Source: Candidatus Binatia bacterium (lineage in GTDB: Bacteria > Desulfobacterota > Binatia > UBA9968 > JAJDTQ01). Taken from it: a stretch of DNA of 64,000 nucleotides. The position numbers were made by a program, and so were the translations under genes. This document shows, one piece after another, positions 45,573 through 59,475 of this stretch. The first letter of the stretch is position 1. Each line of letters starts with the position of its first letter. Location of the stretch: positions 3,616,001 through 3,680,000 of the forward strand of contig OY762897.2 in the NCBI GenBank assembly GCA_963666515.2. Direction: 5' to 3'. The notes beneath the pieces were generated by a model. That model saw only the letters and a program-made list of their open reading frames with translations. It was not told the DNA's origin and made no database searches.

Positions 45573-46772
45573 CTACGGCGCGGCGGCGCTCCCGCGGGCT
45601 TCCGAGACGAATATCGCGATGTTGGCGGTTCCGAGGGCGAGGACGACGGCCAGGGCTTGCCACGCGATGACGTAGGAACCGGTAGCGTCCACGATGTAGC
45701 CGAACGTGGGCGTGCCCACCACGGTGCCCAGGGCATTGATGGTGATCATCAGGCCCAGGGCCATGCCGGCACGGGACTGGCCCGCGATCTCACTGATCAG
45801 GGAGTAGGACACGCCCTGGTAGCCGATCATGGTGAACCCGCCGAGGAAGGTCAGGGGGACCAGGATGAACGGCGAGACCCCCTTGCCGATGGCGCTGAAC
45901 GCCGCGCACAAGAGCACCGAGATGACCCCGATGAGCACCAGCACGATCTTGCGCCTGCCGCCGAACAGGCGGTCGCTGACGGCGCCCCAGCCGATACGGC
46001 CGACGACCGCCCCGGACTGGGTGATGGACAGCCATTGGCTGGCGTGGACCGTGGAGAACGCGAGTCTTTCCTTGAGGAACAACGGCAGATAGGTCAGGAG
46101 CGACATCTGGCCCATAAGCAGCAGCGCCGTGCCGCAGCTCAGGGCCAGCAGGCTCCTGATGCGCAGGCGCGGGCGGGCGGCGGCCCCGGAAGGCGATTCG
46201 CCCGCTCGATCAGGGCCGGCGGGCTCGCGCCAGAGGAACCAGAAGGCCGCGCCGAACAGCACGTTGACCGCGCCCAAGCCCGCCAGCGTGGCGCGCCAGC
46301 CGAAGACGACCGCCAGGGGCGCGCCCACGAGGGCGGTCAGGACGCCCCCACCGGGTACGCCGGTCTGCTTGATCCCCATGGCGGTGGCGCGGTGACGCTG
46401 GAACCACATCAGCACCCCCTTGGTGGAAGCGGGGTTGAGGAAGCTGTAGCCCAGGCCGGTGAGGAGGAAGCAGGCGAAGGCCCAGCCGAAGGACCCCGCG
46501 GAGGAAGCGAAGATGACCGCCGTCCCCGCGAACACGTGGCCGATGAGGGTGGCCTTCCTCACCCCCAGCCGGTCGCTGAACCACCCGGCGGTGAACGAGA
46601 AGCCGGCCATGCCGATGTAGAAGGCGGTGAAGAACAACCCGACCTGCGCCCGGGTGAGCCCCAGCTCCTGCTGGTAGAACGGCGCGAAGGTGTTGATGCC
46701 GTACTGGGCCGACGCCCCGATGATGTGGGTGACGGTGACCAGGGCGAGGATGGACAGAGGGAAGGAAGCCAT
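45573..46772 (-). CDS. MFS transporter
   Basis: About 12 TM segments; motif A GWFSDRLGVR and GAVSDRLFGGRR. Confidence 0.9.
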   Translation of the reverse strand: MASFPLSILALVTVTHIIGASAQYGINTFAPFYQQELGLTRAQVGLFFTAFYIGMAGFSFTAGWFSDRLGVRKATLIGHVFAGTAVIFASSAGSFGWAFACFLLTGLGYSFLNPASTKGVLMWFQRHRATAMGIKQTGVPGGGVLTALVGAPLAVVFGWRATLAGLGAVNVLFGAAFWFLWREPAGPDRAGESPSGAAARPRLRIRSLLALSCGTALLLMGQMSLLTYLPLFLKERLAFSTVHASQWLSITQSGAVVGRIGWGAVSDRLFGGRRKIVLVLIGVISVLLCAAFSAIGKGVSPFILVPLTFLGGFTMIGYQGVSYSLISEIAGQSRAGMALGLMITINALGTVVGTPTFGYIVDATGSYVIAWQALAVVLALGTANIAIFVSEARGSAAAP

Positions 46773-46821
46773 GATGTCCCGGCGCCGGTGCCGCGCCGGG
46801 GCCTCCCGGCGAGGTGGCCCG

Positions 46822-47274
46822 CTACTCGCCCGCCGCCCCCAGCTCCACCGCGGCCCGCAGCGCCAGCAGATAGCTCTGGGCGCCGAAGCCCGCTATCTGC
46901 CCCACCGCGACGCCGGAGATCAGGGACGTGTGCCGGAACGCTTCGCGCTTGTAGATGTTGGAAAGGTGGACCTCGATGACCGGGAGGTCGCAGGCCCCCA
47001 GGGCGTCACGCACCGCGATGCTCGTGTGGGTGTAGGCGCCGGCGTTGATGATGACGGCGCGGAAACCCTCCGCGCCCGCCTGCTGGATCCAGGTGACCAA
47101 CTCGCCTTCGTGATTGGACTGGCGCGCCTCCACGACGACCCCCAACTCCGCGGCCAGGGAACCCACACGGGCGTCGATGTCCGCGAGGGTGTCGCGGCCG
47201 TATATCTCCGGCTCCCGGGAGCCGAGCAGGTTCAGGTTCGGTCCGTGGAGGACCAGTATCTTGGTGTCAGGCAT
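46822..47274 (-). CDS. aroQ: Type II 3-dehydroquinate dehydratase
   Basis: [23 protein letters not shown] and [15 protein letters not shown]; start ATG 47274. Confidence 0.96.
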   Translation of the reverse strand: MPDTKILVLHGPNLNLLGSREPEIYGRDTLADIDARVGSLAAELGVVVEARQSNHEGELVTWIQQAGAEGFRAVIINAGAYTHTSIAVRDALGACDLPVIEVHLSNIYKREAFRHTSLISGVAVGQIAGFGAQSYLLALRAAVELGAAGE

Positions 47275-48358
47275 GGTTGTCCTTCGACGCCAGTTCGCGG
47301 ACGATCTCGTCGGCCGAGAACCACTGGAAGCGGGTGCGGCCGATGCCGTCGCACAGCACGAACTTGATCTTGCCGGCATGGGATTTCTTGTCCAGGGCCA
47401 TGCCGGCGACCAAATCTTCCAGGGCGATGTCTTCCGGGATGCGCCACGGCAGGCCCGCCCTGCGCACCAGCGCCTCGATGCGGCCCAGCTCCGCGGTGCT
47501 CAGCAGGCCCCGGCCCGCGGACAGAGACGCGGCCTGGATCATGCCGATGGCCACGGCCTCGCCGTGGAGGAAGCGCTCGTAGCCGGTAAAGGACTCCAGC
47601 GCGTGGCCGATGGTGTGGCCGAAGTTGAGGATGGCGCGGCGGTCGTCCTCGCGCTCGTCCTGCTCCACCACCGCGGCCTTGATGCGGCAGGAGCCGGCGA
47701 CCGCGGTCTCGACGGCCGCGGCGTCCAGGCGCATCAGCGAATCCATCTCCGCTTCCAGGAACCCGAAGTAGCCGGCGTCCTCGATGATGCCGTGCTTGAT
47801 CACCTCGGCCATCCCCGCGGCGAATTCGCGCTCCGGCAGCGTGCGTAGCGTCTTCATGTCGATGACCACCAGCCGCGGCTGGTGGAAGGCGCCGATGAGG
47901 TTCTTGCCGTGCTCATGGTTGACCGCGGTCTTGCCGCCCACGCTGGCGTCCACCTGCGCCAGCAGGGTGGTGGGGATCTGCACGTAGCCGATGCCGCGCA
48001 GGAACGTGGCCGCGGCGAACCCGGTGATGTCGCCGATGACGCCCCCGCCCAGGGCGATCAGCGTGGCGCTCCGGTCGAAGCGGCGCTCCACCAGCGCGTC
48101 GTAGATCAGCCCCAGGGACGCCGTGTCCTTGTGGGCCTCTCCCTCCGGGATCAGCACCAGCGCGGTGTCGTAGCCGGCGTCCCCGAGGGACTCCCGGACC
48201 TCCCCGGCGTAGAGGGCCGCCACTGCCGGGTTCGACACGATGCCGACGCGGCCGACGATTCCCTGGGCCTTCATCAACTCGCCCACGCGGGATAGCAGCC
48301 CCTCGCCCAGCTCGATGGGGTACGAGCGCTGTCCCAGATTGACGGTTACGGTCTGCAT
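47267..48358 (-). CDS. aroB: 3-dehydroquinate synthase
   Basis: [44 protein letters not shown] and HGEAV; start ATG 48358. Confidence 0.96.
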   Translation of the reverse strand: MQTVTVNLGQRSYPIELGEGLLSRVGELMKAQGIVGRVGIVSNPAVAALYAGEVRESLGDAGYDTALVLIPEGEAHKDTASLGLIYDALVERRFDRSATLIALGGGVIGDITGFAAATFLRGIGYVQIPTTLLAQVDASVGGKTAVNHEHGKNLIGAFHQPRLVVIDMKTLRTLPEREFAAGMAEVIKHGIIEDAGYFGFLEAEMDSLMRLDAAAVETAVAGSCRIKAAVVEQDEREDDRRAILNFGHTIGHALESFTGYERFLHGEAVAIGMIQAASLSAGRGLLSTAELGRIEALVRRAGLPWRIPEDIALEDLVAGMALDKKSHAGKIKFVLCDGIGRTRFQWFSADEIVRELASKDNHA

Positions 48359-48861
48359 AGCCCCTGTTGAATGCGTTGCACCACCTGGTCCACGGTCAGC
48401 CCGTCCGTGTCCACGGCGATGTCGGCCTCGGCATAGATGCTTTCCCGTTGCGCCGAAAGCTCCTCGATCCGCTGGAGCCGGTCGGGACCCCGCAGCAGCG
48501 GGCGGTCGTCGCTCTCTCCCACGCGGCCGAGAACGGTCCGCGGCGACACCTTGAGCCAGATCAGCAGGCTGCGCTGCTTGAGCAGCCTCAGGTTGTCCGG
48601 GTCCACCACCGCGCCGCCTCCCAGGGCGATGACCTGCTCTGCCCCTTCCAGCACCCCTCCGAGGGCCGCCTTCTCGCGTTCCCTGAAATAACCCTCGCCG
48701 TGGCGGGCAAAGATATCCTGAACGGCATGCCCCTCGCCGGCCTCGATGACGGCGTCCAGATCGACGAACGACCAGTCCAGGGACCGCGCCAAGCTCCGGC
48801 CCACCACGGTCTTGCCGGCGGCCATGAAACCGGTCAGAGCGATGTTCGCGTAATCCGTAAT
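48346..48861 (-). CDS. aroK: Shikimate kinase (probable non-canonical ATT start)
   Basis: NIALTGFMAAGKT P-loop, DLD, GEGYFRERE, GGG and RPLL; the conserved first strand lies upstream of the first ATG (48825). Confidence 0.92.
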   Translation of the reverse strand: MTDYANIALTGFMAAGKTVVGRSLARSLDWSFVDLDAVIEAGEGHAVQDIFARHGEGYFREREKAALGGVLEGAEQVIALGGGAVVDPDNLRLLKQRSLLIWLKVSPRTVLGRVGESDDRPLLRGPDRLQRIEELSAQRESIYAEADIAVDTDGLTVDQVVQRIQQGLCRP

Positions 48862-48870
48862 GACGCGGCC

Positions 48871-50067
48871 TCAGAGGCTCTTGATCTGGTCCAGGTAGCC
48901 GTCGTAGTTGCGGGTGATTTCCGCCAGCGAGTCGCCGCCGAACTTCTCCAGGAACGCCCGCGCCAGCTCGAAGGAGACGATGGCCTCGCCGATGACGGCC
49001 GCCGCCGGCGCCGCGCAGGCGTCGGACCGCTCCACCGAGGCGTCCTCGGGTTGCTTGGTGTCCAGGTTGACCGACTGAAGCGGGCTCATCAGAGTCGAAA
49101 TGGGCTTCATGGCCACCCGCACCACCAGCGGCGCGCCGGTGGTGATGCCGCCTTCCAAACCCCCGGAATTGTTGCTGCCGCGGTAGAAATCGGTGGGCTG
49201 CATGCGCGTCCTGGTATCGGAGACCGTGTGCTGCGGGTCGAAGAAGATCTCGTCGTGCACCTCGGACCCTCGCCGCCTCGCCATGTCGAAGCCGCGGCCG
49301 ATCTCCACGCCCTTCATGGCCTGGATGCTCATCAGGCTCTGGGCCAGCCGGCCGTCGAGCTTCCGGTCCCAGTGCACGTGGCTTCCCAGGCCCGGCGGAA
49401 CGCCGGTGGCCACCACCTCGAAGACGCCGCCCAGGGTGTTTCCTTCCTTCTTGCACTCGTCGATGAGCGCGATGGCCCTCTTCTCGGCGTCCGCATCCGC
49501 CATGCGCACCGGCGAGTTCTCGGCCAACTCGAAGATCTCGTCGTAGCTCTTCCCGTTCAGGTCCCCCTCAATGCCGCCGAGGGAGCGCAGGTAGCCCCGC
49601 ACCTTGACCGAGAAGGGCTCGATCAACTGCTTGCAGAAGGAGCCCACCGCCACCCGCGACACGGTCTCGCGGGCGCTGGCCCGCTCCAGGATGTTGCGGA
49701 TGTCCGAGTGGCCGTACTTGAGGACGCCGACGAGGTCGGCGTGCCCCGGCCGCGGCTTCTTGACCGGGATCGCCTGCCCGTCGTCCTCCGCGTACGGAGA
49801 CATCTTCTTCGTCCAGTTCTTCCAGTCCCGGTTGTCGATGCCGAAGGCGACCGGCGATCCCAGGGTCTTGCCCCACCGGAGGCCGGACCGTACCTGCACC
49901 TCGTCCTTCTCGATGAGCATCCGGCCGCCCCGGCCGTAGCCCTGCTGCCGCCGCCAGAGATCGTGGTTGACCTTCTCGATGTCGATGTCGAATCCCGCCG
50001 GCACCCCCTCGATGATGGTGGTGAGGCACGGCCCGTGGGACTCCCCTGCGGTGAAATAGCGCAACAT
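48871..50067 (-). CDS. aroC: Chorismate synthase
   Basis: TAGESHG, RPGHAD, ERASARET, MKPISTL and ERSD. Confidence 0.97.
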   Translation of the reverse strand: MLRYFTAGESHGPCLTTIIEGVPAGFDIDIEKVNHDLWRRQQGYGRGGRMLIEKDEVQVRSGLRWGKTLGSPVAFGIDNRDWKNWTKKMSPYAEDDGQAIPVKKPRPGHADLVGVLKYGHSDIRNILERASARETVSRVAVGSFCKQLIEPFSVKVRGYLRSLGGIEGDLNGKSYDEIFELAENSPVRMADADAEKRAIALIDECKKEGNTLGGVFEVVATGVPPGLGSHVHWDRKLDGRLAQSLMSIQAMKGVEIGRGFDMARRRGSEVHDEIFFDPQHTVSDTRTRMQPTDFYRGSNNSGGLEGGITTGAPLVVRVAMKPISTLMSPLQSVNLDTKQPEDASVERSDACAAPAAAVIGEAIVSFELARAFLEKFGGDSLAEITRNYDGYLDQIKSL

Positions 50068-50176
50068 GATTCACATCTTAGCCCAAATCCTGCAGCCGGG
50101 CCAGTGCGGCCGGGGCCGAGCCGGATCGGAGCCTTTTCCTGCGGTGGAAGCGGGCGGGTCCGGTGAAGCGCGCGGG

Positions 50177-50590
50177 TCAGGACTTGACGCCGTGTCCGCG
50201 TGGGGGCGGTGCGCATCCATCGGGGACCAGGAGTTCGACTCCGGAGGTGATCGCATCGTACCACGAAGGGTGATCGGTCTTGAGCCTTTCCAGTTCCGCG
50301 ACGGTGTAGGGAAACAGGTCCATGCCCACGGGGAAACCGAACGGCAGGTAATCGCCGATCCGATCCCGGATAGACCGGTCAGAGTCGGAAATCACCACGC
50401 AGACGTCGACGTCGCTGCCCGGCGCAGGAACGCCGTTCACGCGCGACCCGAACCAGATGATACGCCGCACCTCGGGCCGGGTCTCCGCGAGGCGACGAGC
50501 CCAGCTTCGAACGGCCGCTTCAACGGCCGCCTGATTGCTCGACTTGACGACGAGCGAAGCTGACGAGCTTCTCGGCGCACGGGATGGCAT
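50177..50590 (-). CDS. Minimal nucleotidyltransferase (MNT) domain protein
   Basis: WFGSRVNG...GSDVD motif; probable start ATG 50590 overlapping the HEPN gene. Confidence 0.85.
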   Translation of the reverse strand: MPSRAPRSSSASLVVKSSNQAAVEAAVRSWARRLAETRPEVRRIIWFGSRVNGVPAPGSDVDVCVVISDSDRSIRDRIGDYLPFGFPVGMDLFPYTVAELERLKTDHPSWYDAITSGVELLVPDGCAPPPRGHGVKS

Positions 50591-50924
50591 CGTCGGAGTC
50601 CTTCTTCGTGTAGAAATCGGTAGGCGCGCCGGTGTCGAAACCGTTCGGGTAGCGCGTGGGCAGGTAATGCTTGTCGAGACTCTTGGCGCACTCGACCAGC
50701 TCCTCTCCGGCATCCTCCGCCGTCGTCACCAGACCAAGCAGAGCGGTGACGGTGTGGCCCCACGCATCCGAGCCCCGGCTCATAAGGACCGCCTTGAGCG
50801 ACTTCTCCGCCGCTTGCTGCGCCGCGAAGCATGCCCATTCATGCTCCCCGTGTTCACGGGCGTGGCGGGCGTGCCGCAGATCCGCATCCGCCTGACGGAG
50901 CCAATCCAACTGACGTGCAGGCAT
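50520..50924 (-). CDS. HEPN domain protein (sacsin/AF0298-like subtype)
   Basis: WLRQADADL, WACFAAQQAAEKSLKA, GH and LDKHYLPTRYPN. Confidence 0.9.
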   Translation of the reverse strand: MPARQLDWLRQADADLRHARHAREHGEHEWACFAAQQAAEKSLKAVLMSRGSDAWGHTVTALLGLVTTAEDAGEELVECAKSLDKHYLPTRYPNGFDTGAPTDFYTKKDSDDAIPCAEKLVSFARRQVEQSGGR

Positions 50925-51021
50925 AAGACGTTTGTAGCATCACGGAAAGGATCGGGAAACGGCTGTCACTCATCGCCACGTTGGCCCGGCTGCGCGGGTG
51001 GGTGCGGCGGGCCGGTCGGCG

Positions 51022-51426
51022 CTATTCGGCGGTATCGAGCCTCAGCAGGGCGCGCTTCAGCGCGGCTTCCGCGGCCACCAGCGCTTCGTCGTCGGCGTTG
51101 TCGCGGTCGTCGAGGATGCGCTCGGCTCGAGTGCGGGCGTTCTCGGCGCGGGCGGTGTCGATCTCCTGGGGGAACTCGGCGGCGTCGGCGAGCACGGTGA
51201 CGACGTTGTCCAGCACCTCGGCGTAGCCGCCGGTGAGGGTGATGACGGAGTTGGCGCCGGACTTCTTGTAGCTGAGCTGGCCGATGTCCAGGGTGGTCAT
51301 CAGCGCGGCGTGGTCGGGCAGGATGCCGAGCTGGCCCAGGGGGCCGGGCGCGGTCAGTTCGTCCACCTGCTCTTCGAGGACCAGGCGGACCGGAGTGACG
51401 ACTCTCAGTGAAATGCTGTCGGCCAT
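51022..51426 (-). CDS. atpC: ATP synthase F1 subunit epsilon
   Basis: VVTP, GQLGILPDHA and GGYAEV. Confidence 0.96.
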   Translation of the reverse strand: MADSISLRVVTPVRLVLEEQVDELTAPGPLGQLGILPDHAALMTTLDIGQLSYKKSGANSVITLTGGYAEVLDNVVTVLADAAEFPQEIDTARAENARTRAERILDDRDNADDEALVAAEAALKRALLRLDTAE

Positions 51427-51446
51427 GACCTACTCGGCTTGGAACC

Positions 51447-55249
<3,803 letters not shown>

Positions 55250-55287
55250 GGCTCGCTCCCTTGGACGTGCGTGCTGCTCCCCGTCCC

Positions 55288-55314
55288 GCGGGCGGGTTTG
55301 GAACCCGCCCCTGC
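55288..55314 (-). repeat. GTAG-type REP-like palindrome between atpH and atpA
   Basis: Minus strand GCAGGGGCGGGTTCCAAACCCGCCCGC; 9-bp stem GGGCGGGTT/AACCCGCCC. Confidence 0.65.
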
Positions 55315-55325
55315 ACGTTCCCTTG

Positions 55326-55862
55326 CTAGTAGGTCCGTTCGATGCTCTTTCTCAAACTCTCAAGCTGCGTGCGCACGCTGCCGTCGTACACCTTGCCGCC
55401 GACCTCGACGACGATGCCGCCGATCAGTGCGGGATCCACTTCCTCGGTGAGGATGGCGGTCTTGCCCGTCATCCGGCCGACCACCTCCGCAAGGCTCGCT
55501 CGCTGCCCTTCCTCCATGGCCTGGGACACGACGACCTTGGCGTTCACCCGTCCCGCGGCGTCGTCCAGCAGGCTGCGGTAGTGGCGCGCGATGGAGGGCA
55601 ACCCGTCGAGGCGGTCCCGCGTCACCAGCAGCGAGAGGAAGTTCGCGGTCAGGTCCGACAGCCCCAGCCGTCCCGCCACCTCGACCACGATGTCCTTGCG
55701 GCGGTCCTGGTCGAAAGCGGGATTTCCCAGCACCTTCCTGAGGTCGGGGTCCTCGTACGCCGCGAGGAAACCGTCGATCTCGGCCCCGACGGCCTCCTCG
55801 CGGCCCGAGGCGAGCTCGAAAACGGCTCTCGCGTAACGGCGGCTCAGCTTTCCTTCGATCAT
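55326..55862 (-). CDS. atpH: ATP synthase F1 subunit delta
   Basis: RRYARAVF and [22 protein letters not shown]. Confidence 0.96.
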   Translation of the reverse strand: MIEGKLSRRYARAVFELASGREEAVGAEIDGFLAAYEDPDLRKVLGNPAFDQDRRKDIVVEVAGRLGLSDLTANFLSLLVTRDRLDGLPSIARHYRSLLDDAAGRVNAKVVVSQAMEEGQRASLAEVVGRMTGKTAILTEEVDPALIGGIVVEVGGKVYDGSVRTQLESLRKSIERTY

Positions 55863-55896
55863 CGGTTGTGAACCCGGTTTCCTGGCCGCGCCGGCG

Positions 55897-56439
55897 TCAG
55901 AGCGCCTGTATCTCCCGCGCGAAGCTCTCGACCATGCGGTCCTGGTCCGCGGCTCCCATGTGCTGCCGGATCACCCGCTCCGCGGCAGCCTCCGCCAGGA
56001 GCGCCATCTCCCCGCGAATCTGCTGGCGCGCCATCTTGACCTCCTGCTCGGCCAGGAAGTCGGCGTCGGCCTTGAGCTTCACGGCCGACTCTTCCGCCTC
56101 GGCCACGATGCGCGCCCGTTCACGCTCGCCCTCGGCTCTCAGCCCCTCCCGGATCCGCTCGCACTCTTCGTCAAGGACTTCCAGCAATTCCCGATACTTG
56201 CGAACGTGTCCCTCGGCCTCGCCCTTGGCCTGTTGCGCCGCGGCCACGGCCTCGACGAGGCCCTCGCGGCGCTGCTTCAGGTGCTGTCGGATGAGCGGCA
56301 GGCCGTAGCGTTTGACCAGAAAGGCGAAGATCAGGAAGTTGATGAGCGGAAAGAGCAGTTCCGTGATGGAAGGAGTGTGAGTTCCGCCCGCGGTCGCGGC
56401 CCAGGCCGTGGACACGAAGATGTCGGTCAAAAGGGTCAT
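55897..56439 (-). CDS. atpF: ATP synthase Fo subunit b
   Basis: INFLIFAFL TM followed by coiled coil; position before atpH. Confidence 0.88.
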   Translation of the reverse strand: MTLLTDIFVSTAWAATAGGTHTPSITELLFPLINFLIFAFLVKRYGLPLIRQHLKQRREGLVEAVAAAQQAKGEAEGHVRKYRELLEVLDEECERIREGLRAEGERERARIVAEAEESAVKLKADADFLAEQEVKMARQQIRGEMALLAEAAAERVIRQHMGAADQDRMVESFAREIQAL

Positions 56440-56864
56440 GACAGCTTCCGGCCCAGGACCTTCTCCGCCATCTCCTGCGCCAGCGCGTCGGCGTTGGTGG
56501 AGGCCACGCGGCGGGCCGCTTCCAGTTCCTGCCGCACCTCTTCGCGAATCTCCTGTATCTTCTGGGTGGCGGCGTCACGCCCCTGGGACAGGATGACGTT
56601 GCGCGCCTTGAGGGCTTCCTCGCGGATTTCGCTCTTGATCGCCTCTCCCTCGGCCCTTGCCTGGGCGATGGCGGAGTCGTACCGCTCCTGCAGCGCCTTC
56701 CCTTCCTCGGCCATGGAGCGGGCCTCGGCGTGGGCGCCGTCGGTCCTGCGCTCCCGTTCCGCCATCAGGCGCCCCACGGGCCCGAACAGCACCCGCCGGA
56801 GAATGCTCCAGAGGATCAGGAACAGGACAATTTGGACCACCAAGGAATAGTCTATGCTGATCAT
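56436..56864 (-). CDS. ATP synthase Fo subunit b'
   Basis: DYSLVVQIVLFLIL..LFGP...ERE plus coiled coil. Confidence 0.88.
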   Translation of the reverse strand: MISIDYSLVVQIVLFLILWSILRRVLFGPVGRLMAERERRTDGAHAEARSMAEEGKALQERYDSAIAQARAEGEAIKSEIREEALKARNVILSQGRDAATQKIQEIREEVRQELEAARRVASTNADALAQEMAEKVLGRKLS

Positions 56865-56932
56865 GCTTCGCGTTCGGTGCTGATGACGCCGGACTCGTAC
56901 GGCGGGCCCCGGTCAGGGGAGATTCGGAGATG

Positions 56933-56961
56933 GGTGTAGCATCCACACCATTCCTTGTCAA
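56933..56961 (-). promoter_or_regulatory. Putative promoter of the atp operon
   Basis: TTGACA-17 nt-TACACC with extended TG. Confidence 0.55.
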
Positions 56962-57009
56962 AGACAGCGGGTTACGGGCACTGGAGGGACCATCAGCGCG
57001 CGCCGGTAG

Positions 57010-57873
57010 CTATCCGTTTCCCATCATCATGCCGGTGATGCGATCCAGATCCGCCGCGGAATAATACTCGATTTCCAGCTTGCCCTTGTCGTCGCGGGCA
57101 CGGTGCGTGAGCCGGACCCGGGTCCCCAGGCGGCGCTGCAGCGTCTCCACCAGGTGGGACAGGTCCGGGTCCAGGCGGTTCTCGGTCCGGGTCCGCCTGG
57201 GGGCGTTCAGCCGCTTCACCAGCGCCTCGGTGTCGCGGGTGGACAGGTCCCTGGCCATGACCTCGCGCGCCGCGGAAGCCATCATCGAACGGTCCTTGAG
57301 GCCCAGCAGCGCCCGGGCCTGCCCCGCGGCCAGCTCGCCGCGGGAGACATGCTCCTTGATCGGGTCGGGCAGCGACAGCAGGCGCATGGCATTGGCCACC
57401 GCGGAGCGGCTCCGGCCGACCTTTTCCGCCACCTGCTCCTGGGTCAGGTTGAACCGTTCCTGCAGTTCGACGAAAGCGGCCGCCTCTTCGATGGGGTTCA
57501 GGTCCTCGCGCTGCAGGTTCTCGACGAGGGCCAGCAGGAGCGAGTCTGGATCGGCTGTTTCGTGAACGATAATGGGCACTTCCGAAAGCCCCAGCCGCCT
57601 CGCGGCGCGCAGGCGGCGCTCGCCGGCGATGAGTTCATAGCCGCTGGCGGTGGCGCGCACGACCAGCGGCTGCAGCATCCCGCTGGCCTCGATGGAGCCG
57701 GCCAGCTCGTTTATCTTCTCTTCGTCGAAAACCCGGCGGGGCTGGTCCGGGTTGGGTGCGATCAAGGAAGGGTCCGCCGTGGTGGGGGGAGCCTCCCGAG
57801 GCGCATCTTCGACTATGGGCTCGTTCCGGGGCAGCAGGGCGTCGAGTCCCCGCCCAAGTCTATTCTTCTGCAT
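57010..57873 (-). CDS. parB: Chromosome partitioning protein ParB/Spo0J
   Basis: LGRGLDALL, NPDQPR, AGERRLRA and ENLQREDL, plus HTH. Confidence 0.97.
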   Translation of the reverse strand: MQKNRLGRGLDALLPRNEPIVEDAPREAPPTTADPSLIAPNPDQPRRVFDEEKINELAGSIEASGMLQPLVVRATASGYELIAGERRLRAARRLGLSEVPIIVHETADPDSLLLALVENLQREDLNPIEEAAAFVELQERFNLTQEQVAEKVGRSRSAVANAMRLLSLPDPIKEHVSRGELAAGQARALLGLKDRSMMASAAREVMARDLSTRDTEALVKRLNAPRRTRTENRLDPDLSHLVETLQRRLGTRVRLTHRARDDKGKLEIEYYSAADLDRITGMMMGNG

Positions 57874-58660
57874 GACTTCGTTCCTTCCGGCCCATCAACT
57901 CGGCGGCCAGGCTCAGGTAGCTCTGCGCTCCGGTCGAACGGGCATCGTAGAGCAGCGCCGGCCTTCCATGGCTGGGGCTCTCGCTCAGGCGCACGTTTCG
58001 GGGGATGACGGTCTGGAATACGTCGTCGGGGAAATGGTCGCGAACGTCCTGAGCGACCTGGGCCGAGAGATTGCTCCGGCCGTCATACATGCAAAGGACG
58101 ACGCCCTCGAAGTCCAGGTGCTGGTTGTAGGACGTCTGGACACGCTTCATGGTGTCCAGGACCGCGGTGAGGCCTTCGAGGGCATAGTATTCGCACTGAA
58201 GGGGGACCAGAAGCGAATCGGCAGCGGCCAGGGCATTGAGGGTCAGGAGGCCCAGGGAAGGCGGGCAGTCCAGCAGGACGTAATCGAATCTATACCGGAC
58301 GGTCTCCAATGCCTGCCGCAAGCGCCCGATGCGGTTCTCCATCTCGATCATCTGGATTTCCGCGCTCACCAGGTCGCGGTTGGCGGGCAACAGGAACAGC
58401 GAGGGCATTTCCGTGGCGCAGAGCGCCTCGGTGACGAAACAGTTCTCGAGCATCACGTCGTAGATGCTCTTGTTGAGAGACCTGGGGTCGATCCCGAAGC
58501 CTGTCGTACTGTTGCCCTGCGGGTCCATGTCCACGATCAGCGTCTTTTTGGTGGCGACGGCCAGGGACGCGCCGAGGTTCACCGCGGTGGTGGTCTTTCC
58601 GACCCCGCCCTTCTGATTGGCTATGGCGACTATCTTTCCCAAAATCTTGTTATAATTCAA
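57860..58660 (-). CDS. parA: Chromosome partitioning ATPase ParA/Soj
   Basis: NQKGGVGKTTT, DMDPQGN, DCPPSLG and IPRNVRLSESPSHG; true start may be the TTG near 58642. Confidence 0.97.
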   Translation of the reverse strand: MNYNKILGKIVAIANQKGGVGKTTTAVNLGASLAVATKKTLIVDMDPQGNSTTGFGIDPRSLNKSIYDVMLENCFVTEALCATEMPSLFLLPANRDLVSAEIQMIEMENRIGRLRQALETVRYRFDYVLLDCPPSLGLLTLNALAAADSLLVPLQCEYYALEGLTAVLDTMKRVQTSYNQHLDFEGVVLCMYDGRSNLSAQVAQDVRDHFPDDVFQTVIPRNVRLSESPSHGRPALLYDARSTGAQSYLSLAAELMGRKERSHAEE

Positions 58661-58722
58661 TGAGTTATGATAAGGCCGTGATCTTGATTTGTAACACGAC
58701 AGGACCCGAAAAGGAAGTCCGG

Positions 58723-58738
58723 TGTTTCACGTGAAACA
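58723..58738. other. parS centromere site
   Basis: Perfect consensus palindrome TGTTTCACGTGAAACA. Confidence 0.95.
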
Positions 58739-58772
58739 TCGGCACGGGACCTGGATCGAGGAGGGTGGGTCC

Positions 58773-59456
58773 TCAAGTTTTCCCCGGCGTGTACGACTTC
58801 CGGAACATGAGCACGGTCCTGCGCTCGTCACCGAAGGGCAACTCGAAGCTCACCGTTCTCTCGGCCGAGAGCCCATATTCCGGCAGGTCGCCTCGGACAT
58901 CATCCAGGACGGCCGCACCCTTCGGCCCCTGCATCAGGATAGACACGCCTCCCGAAGCAAGCAGGCCGCCGCTGACCCTCAGGAAGCCGCGAATGTCCGA
59001 GAATCCGCGGGTGACGGTCTCCGCAATGGCCGGCAACTCTCCACCGGACAGGTTCTCGATACGGCTCTCGATCACGTGCAAGCCCGTCAGCTTCAGCTCC
59101 CGCGCGACGTGCCTCAGGAAATTTGCCCGCTTCCGGCGCGGCTCCACCAGGTACACGGGTTTGCCGGGAACCGCGAGCTTGATGGGGATACCGGGGAAAC
59201 CGGCGCCACTGCCGATGTCCAGGAGGCTGCCGTCACGACTCAACAAGGGCACGACGGCAAGCGAATCGATGAAGTGGCGCCGCACCACGAGCTCTTCTTC
59301 GTGGATGGCCGTGAGGTTCAGCCGCTCGCTCCAGAACGAAAGCAGGGACAGGTAACGGCTGAACGCCTTCGTTTGGAGCGGTGACAGATCGACGCCAAGG
59401 GATCCGGCGCCCGCGGCCAGAAGCCGCTCGTTTCTGTCTGAATCCGTGGCGGACAC
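58773..59456 (-). CDS. rsmG: 16S rRNA m7G527 methyltransferase
   Basis: NLTAI, HFIDSL and LDIGSGAGFPGIP; between mnmG and parA. Confidence 0.95.
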   Translation of the reverse strand: MSATDSDRNERLLAAGAGSLGVDLSPLQTKAFSRYLSLLSFWSERLNLTAIHEEELVVRRHFIDSLAVVPLLSRDGSLLDIGSGAGFPGIPIKLAVPGKPVYLVEPRRKRANFLRHVARELKLTGLHVIESRIENLSGGELPAIAETVTRGFSDIRGFLRVSGGLLASGGVSILMQGPKGAAVLDDVRGDLPEYGLSAERTVSFELPFGDERRTVLMFRKSYTPGKT

Positions 59457-59475
59457 CTTGGGCGGCGGGACAGGT

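Noticed and set aside
47267-49456. 729-aa ORF suggesting an N-terminally extended AroB; similar extensions for atpD, tatD, proS and the MFP
   Set aside because: The extensions are off-frame translations of the upstream genes; real starts are internal.
58722-59384. Plus-strand ORF beginning MFHVKH
   Set aside because: Artefact of the parS palindrome; antisense to rsmG.
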